This document shows, in pieces, positions 42,101 through 57,100 of a stretch of 64,000 nt of DNA. The stretch comes from Eledone cirrhosa. Its lineage: Eukaryota. The position numbers and the translations under genes are program-made. The DNA is taken from the NCBI GenBank assembly GCA_964016885.1, contig CAXHJY010000184.1, positions 310,001 to 374,000 on the forward strand. The letters are read 5' to 3'. The notes beneath the pieces were generated by a model. It had not been told where the DNA came from and searched no databases. It worked only from the letters and a program-made list of their open reading frames with translations. The stretch's first letter is position 1. Every line of letters begins with the position of its first letter.

Positions 42101-45100
42101 TAGTCTTTCCCAATCACCACAGGACTATAGTCTTTCCCAGTCACTACAGGACTATAGTCTTTCCCAATCACTACAGGACTATAGTCTTTCCCAGTCACTA
42201 CAAGACTATAGTCTTTCCCAGTCACTACAAGGCTATAGTCTTGCCCAGTCAGTCACTACAGGACTATAGTCTTTTCCAGTCACTACAGGACTATAGTCTT
42301 TCCCAGTCACTACAGGACTATAGTCTTTCCCAGTCACTACAGGACTATAGTCTTTCCCAGTCACTACAGGACTATAGTCTTTCCCAGTCACTACAAGACT
42401 ATAGTCTTTCCCAGTCACTACAGGATTATAGTCTTTCCCAATCACTACAGGACTATAGTCTTTCCCAGTCACTACAGGACTATAGTCTTTCCCAGTCACT
42501 CCAGGACTATAGTCTTTCCCAATCACTACAGGACTAAAGTCTTTCCCAGTCACTACAGGACTATAGTCTTTCCCAGTCACTACAGGACTATAGTCTTTCC
42601 CAAACACTACAGGACTATAGTCTTTCCCAATCACTACAGGACTATAGTCTTTCCCAGTCACTACAGGACTATAGTCTTTCCCAGTCACTACAGCACTATA
42701 GTCTTTCCCAGTCACTACAGGACTATAGTCTTTCCCAATCACTACAGGACTATAGTCTTTCCCAGTCACTACAGGACTATAGTCTTTCCCAGTCACTACA
42801 AGACTATAGTCTTTCCCAATCACTACAGGACTATAATCTTTCCCAATCACTACAGGACTATAGTCTTTCCCAATCACTAGAAGACTATAGTCTTTCCCAG
42901 TCACTACAGGACTATAGTCTTTCCCAGTTACTACAGGACTATAGTCTTTCCCAGTCACTACAGGACTATAGTCTTTCCCAGTCACTACAGCGCTATAGTC
43001 TTTCCCAGTCACTACAGGACTATAGTCTTTCCCAGTCACTACAGGACTATAGTCTTTCCCAGTCACTACAGGGCTATAGTCTTTCCCAGTCACTACAGGA
43101 CTACATTCGTTCCCAGTCACTACAGGACTATAGTCTTTCCCAGTCACTACAGGACTATAGTCTTTCCCAGTCACTACAGGACTATAGTCTTTCCCAGTCA
43201 CTACAGGACTATAGTCTTTCCCAATCACTACAGGACTATAGTCTTTCCCAGTCACTACAGGACTACATTCTTTCCCAGTCACTACAGGACTATAGTCTTT
43301 CCCAATCACTACAGGACTATAGTCTTTCCCAGTCACTACAGGACTACATTCTTTCCCAGTCACTACAGGACTATAGTCTTTCCCAGTCACTACAGGACTA
43401 TAGTCTTTCCCAGTCACTACAGGACTATAGTCTTTCCCAGTCACTACAGGACTATAGTCTTTCCCAATCACTACAGGACTATAGTCTTTCCCAGTCACTA
43501 CAGGACTACATTCTTTCCCAGTCACTACAGGACTATAGTCTTTCCCAATCACCACAGGACTATAGTCTTTCCCAGTCACTACAGGACTATAGTCTTTCCC
43601 AGTCACTACAGGACTATAGTCTTTCCCAATCACTACAGGACTATAGTCTTTCCCAGTCACTACAGGACTACATTCTTTCCCAGTCACTACAGGACTATAG
43701 TCATTCCCAGTCACTACAGGACTATAGTCTTTCCCAATCACTACAGGACTATAGTCTTTCCCAGTCACTACAGGACTACATTCTTTCCCAGTCACTACAG
43801 GACTATAGTCCTTCCCAGTCACTACAGGACTATAGCCTTTCCCAATCACCACAGGACTATAGTCTTTCCCAGTCACTACAGGACTATAGTCTTTCCCAAT
43901 CACTACAGGACTATAGTCTTTCCCAGTCACTACAAGACTATAGTCTTTCCCAGTCACTACAAGACTATAGTCTTGCCCAGTCAGTCACTACAGGACTATA
44001 GTCTTTTCCAGTCACTACAGGACTATAGTCTTTCCCAGTCACTACAGGACTATAGTCTTTCCCAGTCACTACAGGACTATAGTCTTTCCCAGTCACTACA
44101 GGACTATAGTTTTTCCCAGTCACTACAGGACTATAGTCTTTTCCAATCACTACAGGACTACATTCTTTCCCAGTCACTACAGGACTATAGTCTTTCCCAG
44201 TCACTACAGGACTATAGTCTTTCCCAGTCACTACAGGACTATAGTCTTTCCCAGTCACTACAGGACTATAGTTTTTCCCAGTCACTACAGGACTATAGTC
44301 TTTCCCAATCACTACAGGACTATAGTCTTTCCCAATCACTACAGGACTATAGTCTTTCCCAATCAATACAAGACTATAGTCTTTCCCAGTCACTACAGGA
44401 CTATAGTCTTTCCCAATCACTACAGGACTATAGTCTTTCCCAATCACTACAGGACTATAGTCTTTCCCAGTCACTACAGGACTATAGTCTTTCCCAGTCA
44501 CTACAGGACTATAGTCTTTCCCAGTCACTACAGGACTATAGACTTTCCCAGTCACTACAAGACTATAGTCTTTCCCAATCACTACAGGACTATAGTCTTT
44601 CCCAATCACTACAGGACTATAGTCTTTCCCAGTCACTACAGGACTATAGTCTTTCCCAGTCACTACAGGACTATAGTCTTTCCCAATCACTACAGGACTA
44701 TAGTCTTTCCCAGTCACTACAGGACTATAGTCTTTCCCAGTCACTACAAGACTATAGTCTTTCCCAGTCACTACAGGATTATAGTCTTTCCCAATCACTA
44801 CAGGACTATAGTCTTTCCCAGTCACTACAGGACTATAGTCTTTCCCAATCACTACAGGACTATAGTCTTTCCCAGTCACTACAGGACTATAGTCTTTCCC
44901 AGTCACTACAGGACTATAGTCTTTCCCAGTCACTACAGGACTATAGTCTTTCCCAGTCACTACAGGACTATAGTCTTTCCCAGTCACTACAGGACTATAG
45001 TCTTTCCCAATCACTACAGGACTATAGTCTTTCCCAGTCACTACAGGACTATAGTCTTTCCCAGTCACTACAAGACTATAGTCTTTCCCAGTCACTACAG

Positions 45101-48100
45101 GACTATAGTCTTTCCCAATCACTACAGGACTATAGTCTTTCCCAGTCACTACAGGACTATAGTCTTTCCCAGTCACTACAGGACTATAGTCTTTCCCAGT
45201 CACTACAGGACTATAGTCTTTCCCAGTCACTACAGGACTATAGTCTTTCCCAGTCACTACAAGACTATAGTCTTTCCCAATCACTACAGGACTATAGTCT
45301 TTCCCAATCACTACAGGACTATAGTCTTTCCCAATCACTACAGGACTATAGTCCTTCCCAGTCACTACAGGACTATAGTCTTTCCCAGTCACTACAGGAC
45401 TATAGTCTTTCCCAGTCACTACAAGACTATAGTCTTTCCCAATCACTACAGGACTATAGTCTTTCCCAGTCACTACAGGACTATAGTCTTTCCCAATCAC
45501 TACAGGACTATAGTCTTTCCCAGTCACTACAAGACTATAGTCTTTCCCAATCACTACAGGACTATAGTCTTTCCCAATCACTACAGGACTATAGTCTTTC
45601 CCAGTCACTACAGGACTATAGTCTTTCCCAGTCACTATAGGACTATAGTATTTCCCAGTCACTACAGGACTATAGTCTTTCCCAGTCACTACAGGACTAT
45701 AGTCTTTCCCAGTCACTACAGGGCTATAGTCTTTCCCAGTCACTACATGACTACAGACTTTCCCAGTCACTACAGGACTATAGTCTTTCCCAGTCACTAC
45801 AGGACTATAGTCTTTCCCAGTCACTACAGGACTATAGTCTTTCCCAATCACTACAGGACTATAGTCTTTCCCAGTCACTACAGGACTATAGTCTTTCCCA
45901 GTCACTACAAGACTATAGTCTTTCCCAGTCACTACAGGATTATAGTCTTTCCCAATCACTACAGGACTATAGTCTTTCCCAGTCACTACAGGACTATAGT
46001 CTTTCCCAGTCACTACAGGACTATAGTCTTTCCCAATCACTACAGGACTATAGTCTTTCCCAGTCACTACAGGACTATAGTCTTTCCCAGTCACTACAGG
46101 ACTATAGTCTTTCCCAGTCACTACAGGACTATAGTCTTTCCCAATCACTACAGGACTATAGACTTTCCCAGTCACTACAGGACTATAGTCTTTCCCAGTC
46201 ACTACAAGACTATAGTCTTTCCCAGTCACTACAGGACTATAGTCTTTCCCAATCACTACAGGACTATAGTCTTTCCCAGTCACTACAGGACTACATTCTT
46301 TCCCAGTCACTACAGGACTATAGACTTTCCCAGTCACTACAGGACTATAGTCTTTCCCAGTCAGTACAGGACTATAGTCTTTCCCAGTCACTACAGGACT
46401 ATAGTCTTTCCCAATCACTACAGGACTATAGTCTTTCCCAGTCACTACAGGACTACATTCTTTCCCAGTCACTACAGGACTATAGTCTTTCCCAATCACT
46501 ACAGGACTATAGTCTTTCCCAGTCACTACAGGACTACATTCTTTCCCAGTCACTACAGGAGTATAGTCTTTCCCAGTCACTACAGGACTATAGTCTTTCC
46601 CAGTCACTACAGGACTATAGTCTTTCCCAGTCACTACAGGACTATAGTCTTTCCCAATCACTACAGGACTATAGTCTTTCCCAGTCACTACAGGACTATA
46701 GTCTTTCCCAGTCACTACAAGACTATAGTCTTTCCCAGTCACTACAGGATTATAGTCTTTCCCAATCACTACAGGACTATAGTCTTTCCCAGTCACTACA
46801 GGACTATAGTCTTTCCCAATCACTACAGGACTATAGTCTTTCCCAGTCACTACAGGACTATAGTCTTTCCCAGTCACTACAGGACTATAGTCTTTCCCAG
46901 TCACTACAGGACTATAGTCTTTCCCAGTCACTACAGGACTATAGTCTTTCCCAGTCACTACAGGACTATAGTCTTTCCCAATCACTACAGGACTATAGTC
47001 TTTCCCAGTCACTACAGGACTATAGTCTTTCCCAGTCACTACAAGACTATAGTCTTTCCCAGTCACTACAGGACTATAGTCTTTCCCAATCACTACAGGA
47101 CTATAGTCTTTCCCAGTCACTACAGGACTATAGTCTTTCCCAGTCACTACAGGACTATAGTCTTTCCCAGTCACTACAGGACTATAGTCTTTCCCAGTCA
47201 CTACAGGACTATAGTCTTTCCCAGTCACTACAAGACTATAGTCTTTCCCAATCACTACAGGACTATAGTCTTTCCCAATCACTACAGGACTATAGTCTTT
47301 CCCAATCACTACAGGACTATAGTCCTTCCCAGTCACTACAGGACTATAGTCTTTCCCAGTCACTACAGGACTATAGTCTTTCCCAGTCACTACAAGACTA
47401 TAGTCTTTCCCAATCACTACAGGACTATAGTCTTTCCCAGTCACTACAGGACTATAGTCTTTCCCAATCACTACAGGACTATAGTCTTTCCCAGTCACTA
47501 CAAGACTATAGTCTTTCCCAATCACTACAGGACTATAGTCTTTCCCAATCACTACAGGACTATAGTCTTTCCCAGTCACTACAGGACTATAGTCTTTCCC
47601 AGTCACTATAGGACTATAGTATTTCCCAGTCACTACAGGACTATAGTCTTTCCCAGTCACTACAGGACTATAGTCTTTCCCAGTCACTACAGGGCTATAG
47701 TCTTTCCCAGTCACTACATGACTACAGACTTTCCCAGTCACTACAGGACTATAGTCTTTCCCAGTCACTACAGGACTATAGTCTTTCCCAGTCACTACAG
47801 GACTATAGTCTTTCCCAATCACTACAGGACTATAGTCTTTCCCAGTCACTACAGGACTATAGTCTTTCCCAGTCACTACAAGACTATAGTCTTTCCCAGT
47901 CACTACAGGATTATAGTCTTTCCCAATCACTACAGGACTATAGTCTTTCCCAGTCACTACAGGACTATAGTCTTTCCCAGTCACTACAGGACTATAGTCT
48001 TTCCCAATCACTACAGGACTATAGTCTTTCCCAGTCACTACAGGACTATAGTCTTTCCCAGTCACTACAGGACTATAGTCTTTCCCAGTCACTACAGGAC

Positions 48101-51100
48101 TATAGTCTTTCCCAATCACTACAGGACTATAGACTTTCCCAGTCACTACAGGACTATAGTCTTTCCCAGTCACTACAAGACTATAGTCTTTCCCAGTCAC
48201 TACAGGACTATAGTCTTTCCCAATCACTACAGGACTATAGTCTTTCCCAGTCACTACAGGACTACATTCTTTCCCAGTCACTACAGGACTATAGACTTTC
48301 CCAGTCACTACAGGACTATAGTCTTTCCCAGTCAGTACAGGACTATAGTCTTTCCCAGTCACTACAGGACTATAGTCTTTCCCAATCACTACAGGACTAT
48401 AGTCTTTCCCAGTCACTACAGGACTACATTCTTTCCCAGTCACTACAGGACTATAGTCTTTCCCAATCACTACAGGACTATAGTCTTTCCCAGTCACTAC
48501 AGGACTACATTCTTTCCCAGTCACTACAGGAGTATAGTCTTTCCCAGTCACTACAGGACTATAGTCTTTCCCAGTCACTACAGGACTATAGTCTTTCCCA
48601 GTCACTACAGGACTATAGTCTATCCCAATCACTACAGGACTATAGTCTTTCCCAGTCACTACAGGACTACATTCTTTCCCAGTCACTACAGGACTATAGT
48701 CTTTCCCAATCACCACAGGACTATAGTCTTTCCCAGTCACTACAGGACTATAGTCTTTCCCAATCACTACAGGACTATAGTCTTTCCCAGTCACTACAAG
48801 ACTATAGTCTTTCCCAGTCACTACAAGGCTATAGTCTTGCCCAGTCAGTCACTACAGGACTATAGTCTTTTCCAGTCACTACAGGACTATAGTCTTTCCC
48901 AGTCACTACAGGACTATAGTCTTTCCCAGTCACTACAGGACTATAGTCTTTCCCAGTCACTACAGGACTATAGTCTTTCCCAGTCACTACAAGACTATAG
49001 TCTTTCCCAGTCACTACAGGATTATAGTCTTTCCCAATCACTACAGGACTATAGTCTTTCCCAGTCACTACAGGACTATAGTCTTTCCCAGTCACTCCAG
49101 GACTATAGTCTTTCCCAATCACTACAGGACTATAGTCTTTCCCAGTCACTACAGGACTATAGTCTTTCCCAGTCACTACAGGACTATAGTCTTTCCCAAA
49201 CACTACAGGACTATAGTCTTTCCCAATCACTACAGGACTATAGTCTTTCCCAGTCACTACAGGTCTATAGTCTTTCCCAGTCACTACAGCACTATAGTCT
49301 TTCCCAGTCACTACAGGACTATAGTCTTTCCCAATCACTACAGGACTATAGTCTTTCCCAGTCACTACAGGACTATAGTCTTTCCCAGTCACTACAAGAC
49401 TATAGTCTTTCCCAATCACTACAGGACTATAATCTTTCCCAATCACTACAGGACTATAGTCTTTCCCAATCACTAGAAGACTATAGTCTTTCCCAGTCAC
49501 TACAGGACTATAGTCTTTCCCAGTTACTACAGGACTATAGTCTTTCCCAGTCACTACAGGACTATAGTCTTTCCCAGTCACTAAGCGCTATAGTCTTTCC
49601 CAGTCACTACAGGACTATAGTCTTTCCCAGTCACTACAGGACTATAGTCTTTCCCAGTCACTACAGGGCTATAGTCTTTCCCAGTCACTACAGGACTACA
49701 TTCGTTCCCAGTCACTACAGGACTATAGTCTTTCCCAGTCACTACAGGACTATAGTCTTTCCCAGTCACTACAGGACTATAGTCTTTCCCAGTCACTACA
49801 GGACTATAGTCTTTCCCAATCACTACAGGACTATAGTCTTTCCCAGTCACTACAGGACTACATTCTTTCCCAGTCACTACAGGACTATAGTCTTTCCCAA
49901 TCACTACAGGACTATAGTCTTTCCCAGTCACTACAGGACTACATTCTTTCCCAGTCACTACAGGACTATAGTCTTTCCCAGTCACTACAGGACTATAGTC
50001 TTTCCCAGTCACTACAGGACTATAGTCTTTCCCAGTCACTACAGGACTATAGTCTTTCCCAATCACTACAGGACTATAGTCTTTCCCAGTCACTACAGGA
50101 CTACATTCTTTCCCAGTCACTACAGGACTATAGTCTTTCCCAATCACCACAGGACTATAGTCTTTCCCAGTCACTACAGGACTATAGTCTTTCCCAGTCA
50201 CTACAGGACTATAGTCTTTCCCAATCACTACAGGACTATAGTCTTTCCCAGTCACTACAGGACTACATTCTTTCCCAGTCACTACAGGACTATAGTCATT
50301 CCCAGTCACTACAGGACTATAGTCTTTCCCAATCACTACAGGACTATAGTCTTTCCCAGTCACTACAGGACTACATTCTTTCCCAGTCACTACAGGACTA
50401 TAGTCCTTCCCAGTCACTACAGGACTATAGCCTTTCCCAATCACCACAGGACTATAGTCTTTCCCAGTCACTACAGGACTATAGTCTTTCCCAATCACTA
50501 CAGGACTATAGTCTTTCCCAGTCACTACAAGACTATAGTCTTTCCCAGTCACTACAAGACTATAGTCTTGCCCAGTCAGTCACTACAGGACTATAGTCTT
50601 TTCCAGTCACTACAGGACTATAGTCTTTCCCAGTCACTACAGGACTATAGTCTTTCCCAGTCACTACAGGACTATAGTCTTTCCCAGTCACTACAGGACT
50701 ATAGTTTTTCCCAGTCACTACAGGACTATAGTCTTTTCCAATCACTACAGGACTACATTCTTTCCCAGTCACTACAGGACTATAGTCTTTCCCAGTCACT
50801 ACAGGACTATAGTCTTTCCCAGTCACTACAGGACTATAGTCTTTCCCAGTCACTACAGGACTATAGTTTTTCCCAGTCACTACAGGACTATAGTCTTTCC
50901 CAATCACTACAGGACTATAGTCTTTCCCAATCACTACAGGACTATAGTCTTTCCCAATCAATACAAGACTATAGTCTTTCCCAGTCACTACAGGACTATA
51001 GTCTTTCCCAATCACTACAGGACTATAGTCTTTCCCAATCACTACAGGACTATAGTCTTTCCCAGTCACTACAGGACTATAGTCTTTCCCAGTCACTACA

Positions 51101-54100
51101 GGACTATAGTCTTTCCCAGTCACTACAGGACTATAGACTTTCCCAGTCACTACAAGACTATAGTCTTTCCCAATCACTACAGGACTATAGTCTTTCCCAA
51201 TCACTACAGGACTATAGTCTTTCCCAGTCACTACAGGACTATAGTCTTTCCCAGTCACTACAGGACTATAGTCTTTCCCAGTCACTACAGGACTATAGTC
51301 TTTCCCAATCACTACAGGTCTATAGTCTTTCCCAGTCACTACAGGACTATAGTCTTTCCCAGTCACTACAAGACTATAGTCTTTCCCAGTCACTACAGGA
51401 TTATAGTCTTTCCCAATCACTACAGGACTATAGTCTTTCCCAGTCACTACAGGACTATAGTCTTTCCCAATCACTACAGGACTATAGTCTTTCCCAGTCA
51501 GTACAGGACTATAGTCTTTCCCAGTCACTACAGGACTATAGTCTTTCCCAGTCACTACAGGACTATAGTCTTTCCCAGTCACTACAGGACTATAGTCTTT
51601 CCCAGTCACTACAGGACTATAGTCTTTCCCAATCACTACAGGACTATAGTCTTTCCCAGTCACTACAGGACTATAGTCTTTCCCAGTCACTACAATACTA
51701 TAGTCTTTCCCAGTCACTACAGGACTATAGTCTTTCCCAATCACTACAGGACTATAGTCTTTCCCAGTCACTACAGGACTATAGTCTTTCCCAGTCACTA
51801 CAGGACTATAGTCTTTCCCAGTCACTACAGGACTATAGTCTTTCCCAGTCACTACAGGACTATAGTCTTTCCCAGTCACTACAAGACTATAGTCTTTCCC
51901 AATCACTACAGGACTATAGTCTTTCCCAATCACTACAGGACTATAGTCTTTCCCAATCACTACAGGACTATAGTCTTTCCCAGTCACTACAGGACTATAG
52001 TCTTTCCCAGTCACTACAGGACTATAGTCTTTCCCAGTCACTACAAGACTATAGTCTTTCCCAATCACTACAGGACTATAGTCTTTCCCAGTCACTACAG
52101 GACTATAGTCTTTCCCAATCACTACAGGACTATAGTCTTTCCCAGTCACTACAAGATTATAGTCTTTCCCAATCACTACAGGACTATAGTCTTTCCCAAT
52201 CACTACAGGACTATAGTCTTTCCCAGTCACTACAGGACTATAGTCTTTACCAGTCACTATAGGACTATAGTATTTCCCAGTCACTACAGGACTATAGTCT
52301 TTCCCAGTCACTACAGGACTATAGTCTTTCCCAGTCACTACAGGGCTATAGTCTTTCCCAGTCACTACATGACTACAGACTTTCCCAGTCACTACAGGAC
52401 TATAGTCTTTCCCAGTCACTACAGGACTATAGTCTTTCCCAGTCACTACAGGACTATAGTCTTTCCCAATCACTACAGGACTATAGTCTTTCCCAGTCAC
52501 TACAGGACTATAGTCTTTCCCAGTCACTACAAGACTATAGTCTTTCCCAGTCACTACAGGATTATAGTCTTTCCCAATCACTACAGGACTATAGTCTTTC
52601 CCAGTCACTACAGGACTATAGTCTTTCCCAGTCACTACAGGACTATAGTCTTTCCCAATCACTACAGGACTATAGTCTTTCCCAGTCACTACAGGACTAT
52701 AGTCTTTCCCAGTCACTACAGGACTATAGTCTTTCCCAGTCACTACAGGACTATAGTCTTTCCCAATCACTACAGGACTATAGACTTTCCCAGTCACTAC
52801 AGGACTATAGTCTTTCCCAGTCACTACAAGACTATAGTCTTTCCCAGTCACTACAGGACTATAGTCTTTCCCAATCACTACAGGACTATAGTCTTTCCCA
52901 GTCACTACAGGACTATAGTCTTTCCCAGTCACTACAGGACTATAGTCTTTCCCAGTCACTACAGGACTATAGTCTTTCCCAGTCACTACAGGACTATAGT
53001 TTTTCCCAGTCACTACAAGACTATAGTCTTTCCCAATCACTACAGGACTATAGTCTTTCCCAATCACTACAGGACTATAGTCTTTCCCAATCACTACAGG
53101 ACTATAGTCTTTCCCAGTCACTACAGGACTATAGTCTTTCCCAGTCACTACAAGACTATAGTCTTTCCCAATCACTACAGGACTATAGACTTTCCCAATC
53201 ACTACAGGACTATAGTCTTTCCCAATCACTACAAGACTATAGTCTTTCCCAGTCACTACAGGACTATAGTCTTTCCCAGTTACTACAGGACTATAGTCTT
53301 TCCCAGTCAATACAGGACTATAGTCTTTCCCAGTCACTACAGGACTATAGTCTTTCCCAGTCACTACAGGACTATAGTCTTTCCCAGTCACTACAGGACT
53401 ATAGTCTTTCCCAGTCACTACAGGGCTATAGTCTTTCACAGTCACTACAGGAATATAGTCTTTCCCAATCACTACAGGACTACATTCTTTCCCAGTCACT
53501 ACAGGACTATAGTCTTTCCCAGTCACTACAGGACTATAGTCTTTCCCAGTCAGTACAGGACTATAGTCTTTCCCAGTCACTACAGGACTATAGTCTTTCC
53601 CAATCACTACAGGACTATAGTCTTTCCCAGTCACTACAGGACTACATTCTTTCCCAGTCACTACAGGACTATAGTCTTTCCCAATCACTACAGGACTATA
53701 GTCTTTCCCAGTCACTACAGGACTACATTCTTTCCCAGTCACTACAGGAGTATAGTCTTTCCCAGTCACTACAGGACTATAATCTTTCCCAGTCACTACA
53801 GGACTATAGTCTATCCCAATCACTACAGGACTATAGTCTTTCCCAGTCACTACAGGACTACATTCTTTCCCAGTCACTACAGGACTATAGTCTTTCCCAA
53901 TCACCACAGGACTATAGTCTTTCCCAGTCACTACAGGACTATAGTCTTTCCCAATCACTACAGGACTATAGTCTTTCCCAGTCACTACAAGACTATAGTC
54001 TTTCCCAGTCACTACAAGGCTATAGTCTTGCCCAGTCAGTCACTACAGGACTATAGTCTTTTCCAGTCACTACAGGACTATAGTCTTTCCCAGTCACTAC

Positions 54101-57100
54101 AGGACTATAGTCTTTCCCAGTCACTACAGGACTATAGTCTTTCCCAGTCACTACAGGACTATAGTCTTTCCCAGTCACTACAAGACTATAGTCTTTCCCA
54201 GTCACTACAGGATTATAGTCTTTCCCAATCACTACAGGACTATAGTCTTTCCCAGTCACTACAGGACTATAGTCTTTCCCAGTCACTCCAGGACTATAGT
54301 CTTTCCCAATCACTACAGGACTATAGTCTTTCCCAGTCACTACAGGACTATAGTCTTTCCCAGTCACTACAGGACTATAGTCTTTCCCAAACACTACAGG
54401 ACTATAGTCTTTCCCAATCACTACAGGACTATAGTCTTTCCCAGTCACTACAGGACTATAGTCTTTCCCAGTCACTACAGCACTATAGTCTTTCCCAGTC
54501 ACTACAGGACTATAGTCTTTCCCAATCACTACAGGACTATAGTCTTTCCCAGTCACTACAGGACTATAGTCTTTCCCAGTCACTACAAGACTATAGTCTT
54601 TACCAATCACTACAGGACTATAATCTTTCCCAATCACTACAGGACTATAGTCTTTCCCAATCACTACAAGACTATAGTCTTTCCCAGTCACTACAGGACT
54701 ATAGTCTTTCCCAGTTACTACAGGACTATAGTCTTTCCCAGTCACTACAGGACTATAGTCTTTCCCAGTCACTACAGCGCTATAGTCTTTCCCAGTCACT
54801 ACAGGACTATAGTCTTTCCCAGTCACTACAGGACTATAGTCTTTCCCAGTCACTACAGGGCTATAGTCTTTCCCAGTCACTACAGGACTACATTCGTTCC
54901 CAGTCACTACAGGACTATAGTCTTTCCCAGTCACTACAGGACTATAGTCTTTCCCAGTCACTACAGGACTATAGTCTTTCCCAGTCACTACAGGACTATA
55001 GTCTTTCCCAATCACTACAGGACTATAGTCTTTCCCAGTCACTACAGGACTACATTCTTTCCCAGTCACTACAGGACTATAGTCTTTCCCAATCACTACA
55101 GGACTATAGTCTTTCCCAGTCACTACAGGACTACATTCTTTCCCAGTCACTACAGGACTATAGACTTTCCCAGTCACTACAGGACTATAGTCTTTCCCAG
55201 TCACTACAGGACTATAGTCTTTCCCAGTCACTACAGGACTATAGTCTTTCCCAATCACTACAGGACTATAGTCTTTCCCAGTCACTACAGGACTACATTC
55301 TTTCCCAGTCACTACAGGACTATAGTCTTTCCCAATCACCACAGGACTATAGTCTTTCCCAGTCACTACAGGACTATAGTCTTTCCCAATCACTACAGGA
55401 CTATAGTCTTTCCCAGTCACTACAAGACTATAGTCTTTCCCAGTCACTACAAGACTATAGTCTTGCCCAGTCAGTCACTACAGGACTATAGTCTTTTCCA
55501 GTCACTACAGGACTATAGTCTTTCCCAGTCACTACAGGACTATAGTCTTTCCCAGTCACTACAGGACTATAGTCTTTCCCAGTCACTACAGGACTATAGT
55601 CTTTCCCAATCACTACAGGACTACATTCTTTCCCAGTCACTACAGGACTATAGTCTTTCCCAGTGACTACAGGACTATAGTCTTTCCCAGTCACTACAGG
55701 ACTATAGTCTTTCCCAGTCACTACAGGACTATAGTTTTTCCCAGTCACTACAGGACTATAGTCTTTCCCAATCACTACAGGACTATAGTCTTTCCCAATC
55801 ACTACAGGACTATAGTCTTTCCCAATCACTACAGGACTATAGTCTTTCCCAGTCACTACAGGACTATAGTCATTCCCAGTCACTACAGGACTATAGTCTT
55901 TCCCAGTCACTACAGGACTACATTCTTTCCCAGTCACTACAGGACTATAGTCTTTCCCAATCACTACAGGACTATAGTCTTTCCCAGTCACTACAGCACT
56001 ATAGTCTTTCCCAGTCACTACAGGACTATAGTCTTTCCCAATCACTACAGGACTATAGTCTTTCCCAGTCACTACAGGACTATAGTCTTTCCCAGTCACT
56101 ACAAGACTATAGTCTTTACCAATCACTACAGGACTATAATCTTTCCCAATCACTACAGGACTATAGTCTTTCCCAATCACTACAAGACTATAGTCTTTCC
56201 CAGTCACTACAGGACTATAGTCTTTCCCAGTTACTACAGGACTATAGTCTTTCCCAGTCACTACAGGACTATAGTCTTTCCCAGTCACTACAGCGCTATA
56301 GTCTTTCCCAGTCACTACAGGACTATAGTCTTTCCCAGTCACTACAGGACTATAGTCTTTCCCAGTCACTACAGGGCTATAGTCTTTCCCAGTCACTACA
56401 GGACTACATTCGTTCCCAGTCACTACAGGACTATAGTCTTTCCCAGTCACTACAGGACTATAGTCTTTCCCAGTCACTACAGGACTATAGTCTTTCCCAG
56501 TCACTACAGGACTATAGTCTTTCCCAATCACTACAGGACTATAGTCTTTCCCAGTCACTACAGGACTACATTCTTTCCCAGTCACTACAGGACTATAGTC
56601 TTTCCCAATCACTACAGGACTATAGTCTTTCCCAGTCACTACAGGACTACATTCTTTCCCAGTCACTACAGGACTATAGTCTTTCCCAGTCACTACAGGA
56701 CTATAGTCTTTCCCAGTCACTACAGGACTATAGTCTTTCCCAGTCACTACAGGACTATAGTCTTTCCCAATCACTACAGGACTATAGTCTTTCCCAGTCA
56801 CTACAGGACTACATTCTTTCCCAGTCACTACAGGACTATAGTCTTTCCCAATCACCACAGGACTATAGTCTTTCCCAGTCACTACAGGACTATAGTCTTT
56901 CCCAATCACTACAAGACTATAGTCTTTCCCAGTCACTACAAGACTATAGTCTTTCCCAGTCACTACAAGACTATAGTCTTGCCCAGTCAGTCACTACAGG
57001 ACTATAGTCTTTTCCAGTCACTACAGGACTATAGTCTTTCCCAGTCACTACAGGACTATAGTCTTTCCCAGTCACTACAGGACTATAGTCTTTCCCAGTC

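Noticed and set aside
21250-49590. Singleton indels or clustered changes near 21256, 23371, 25481, 33781 and 49583
   Set aside because: Each is absent from its sister block, so they cannot be distinguished from consensus or sequencing errors without reads.
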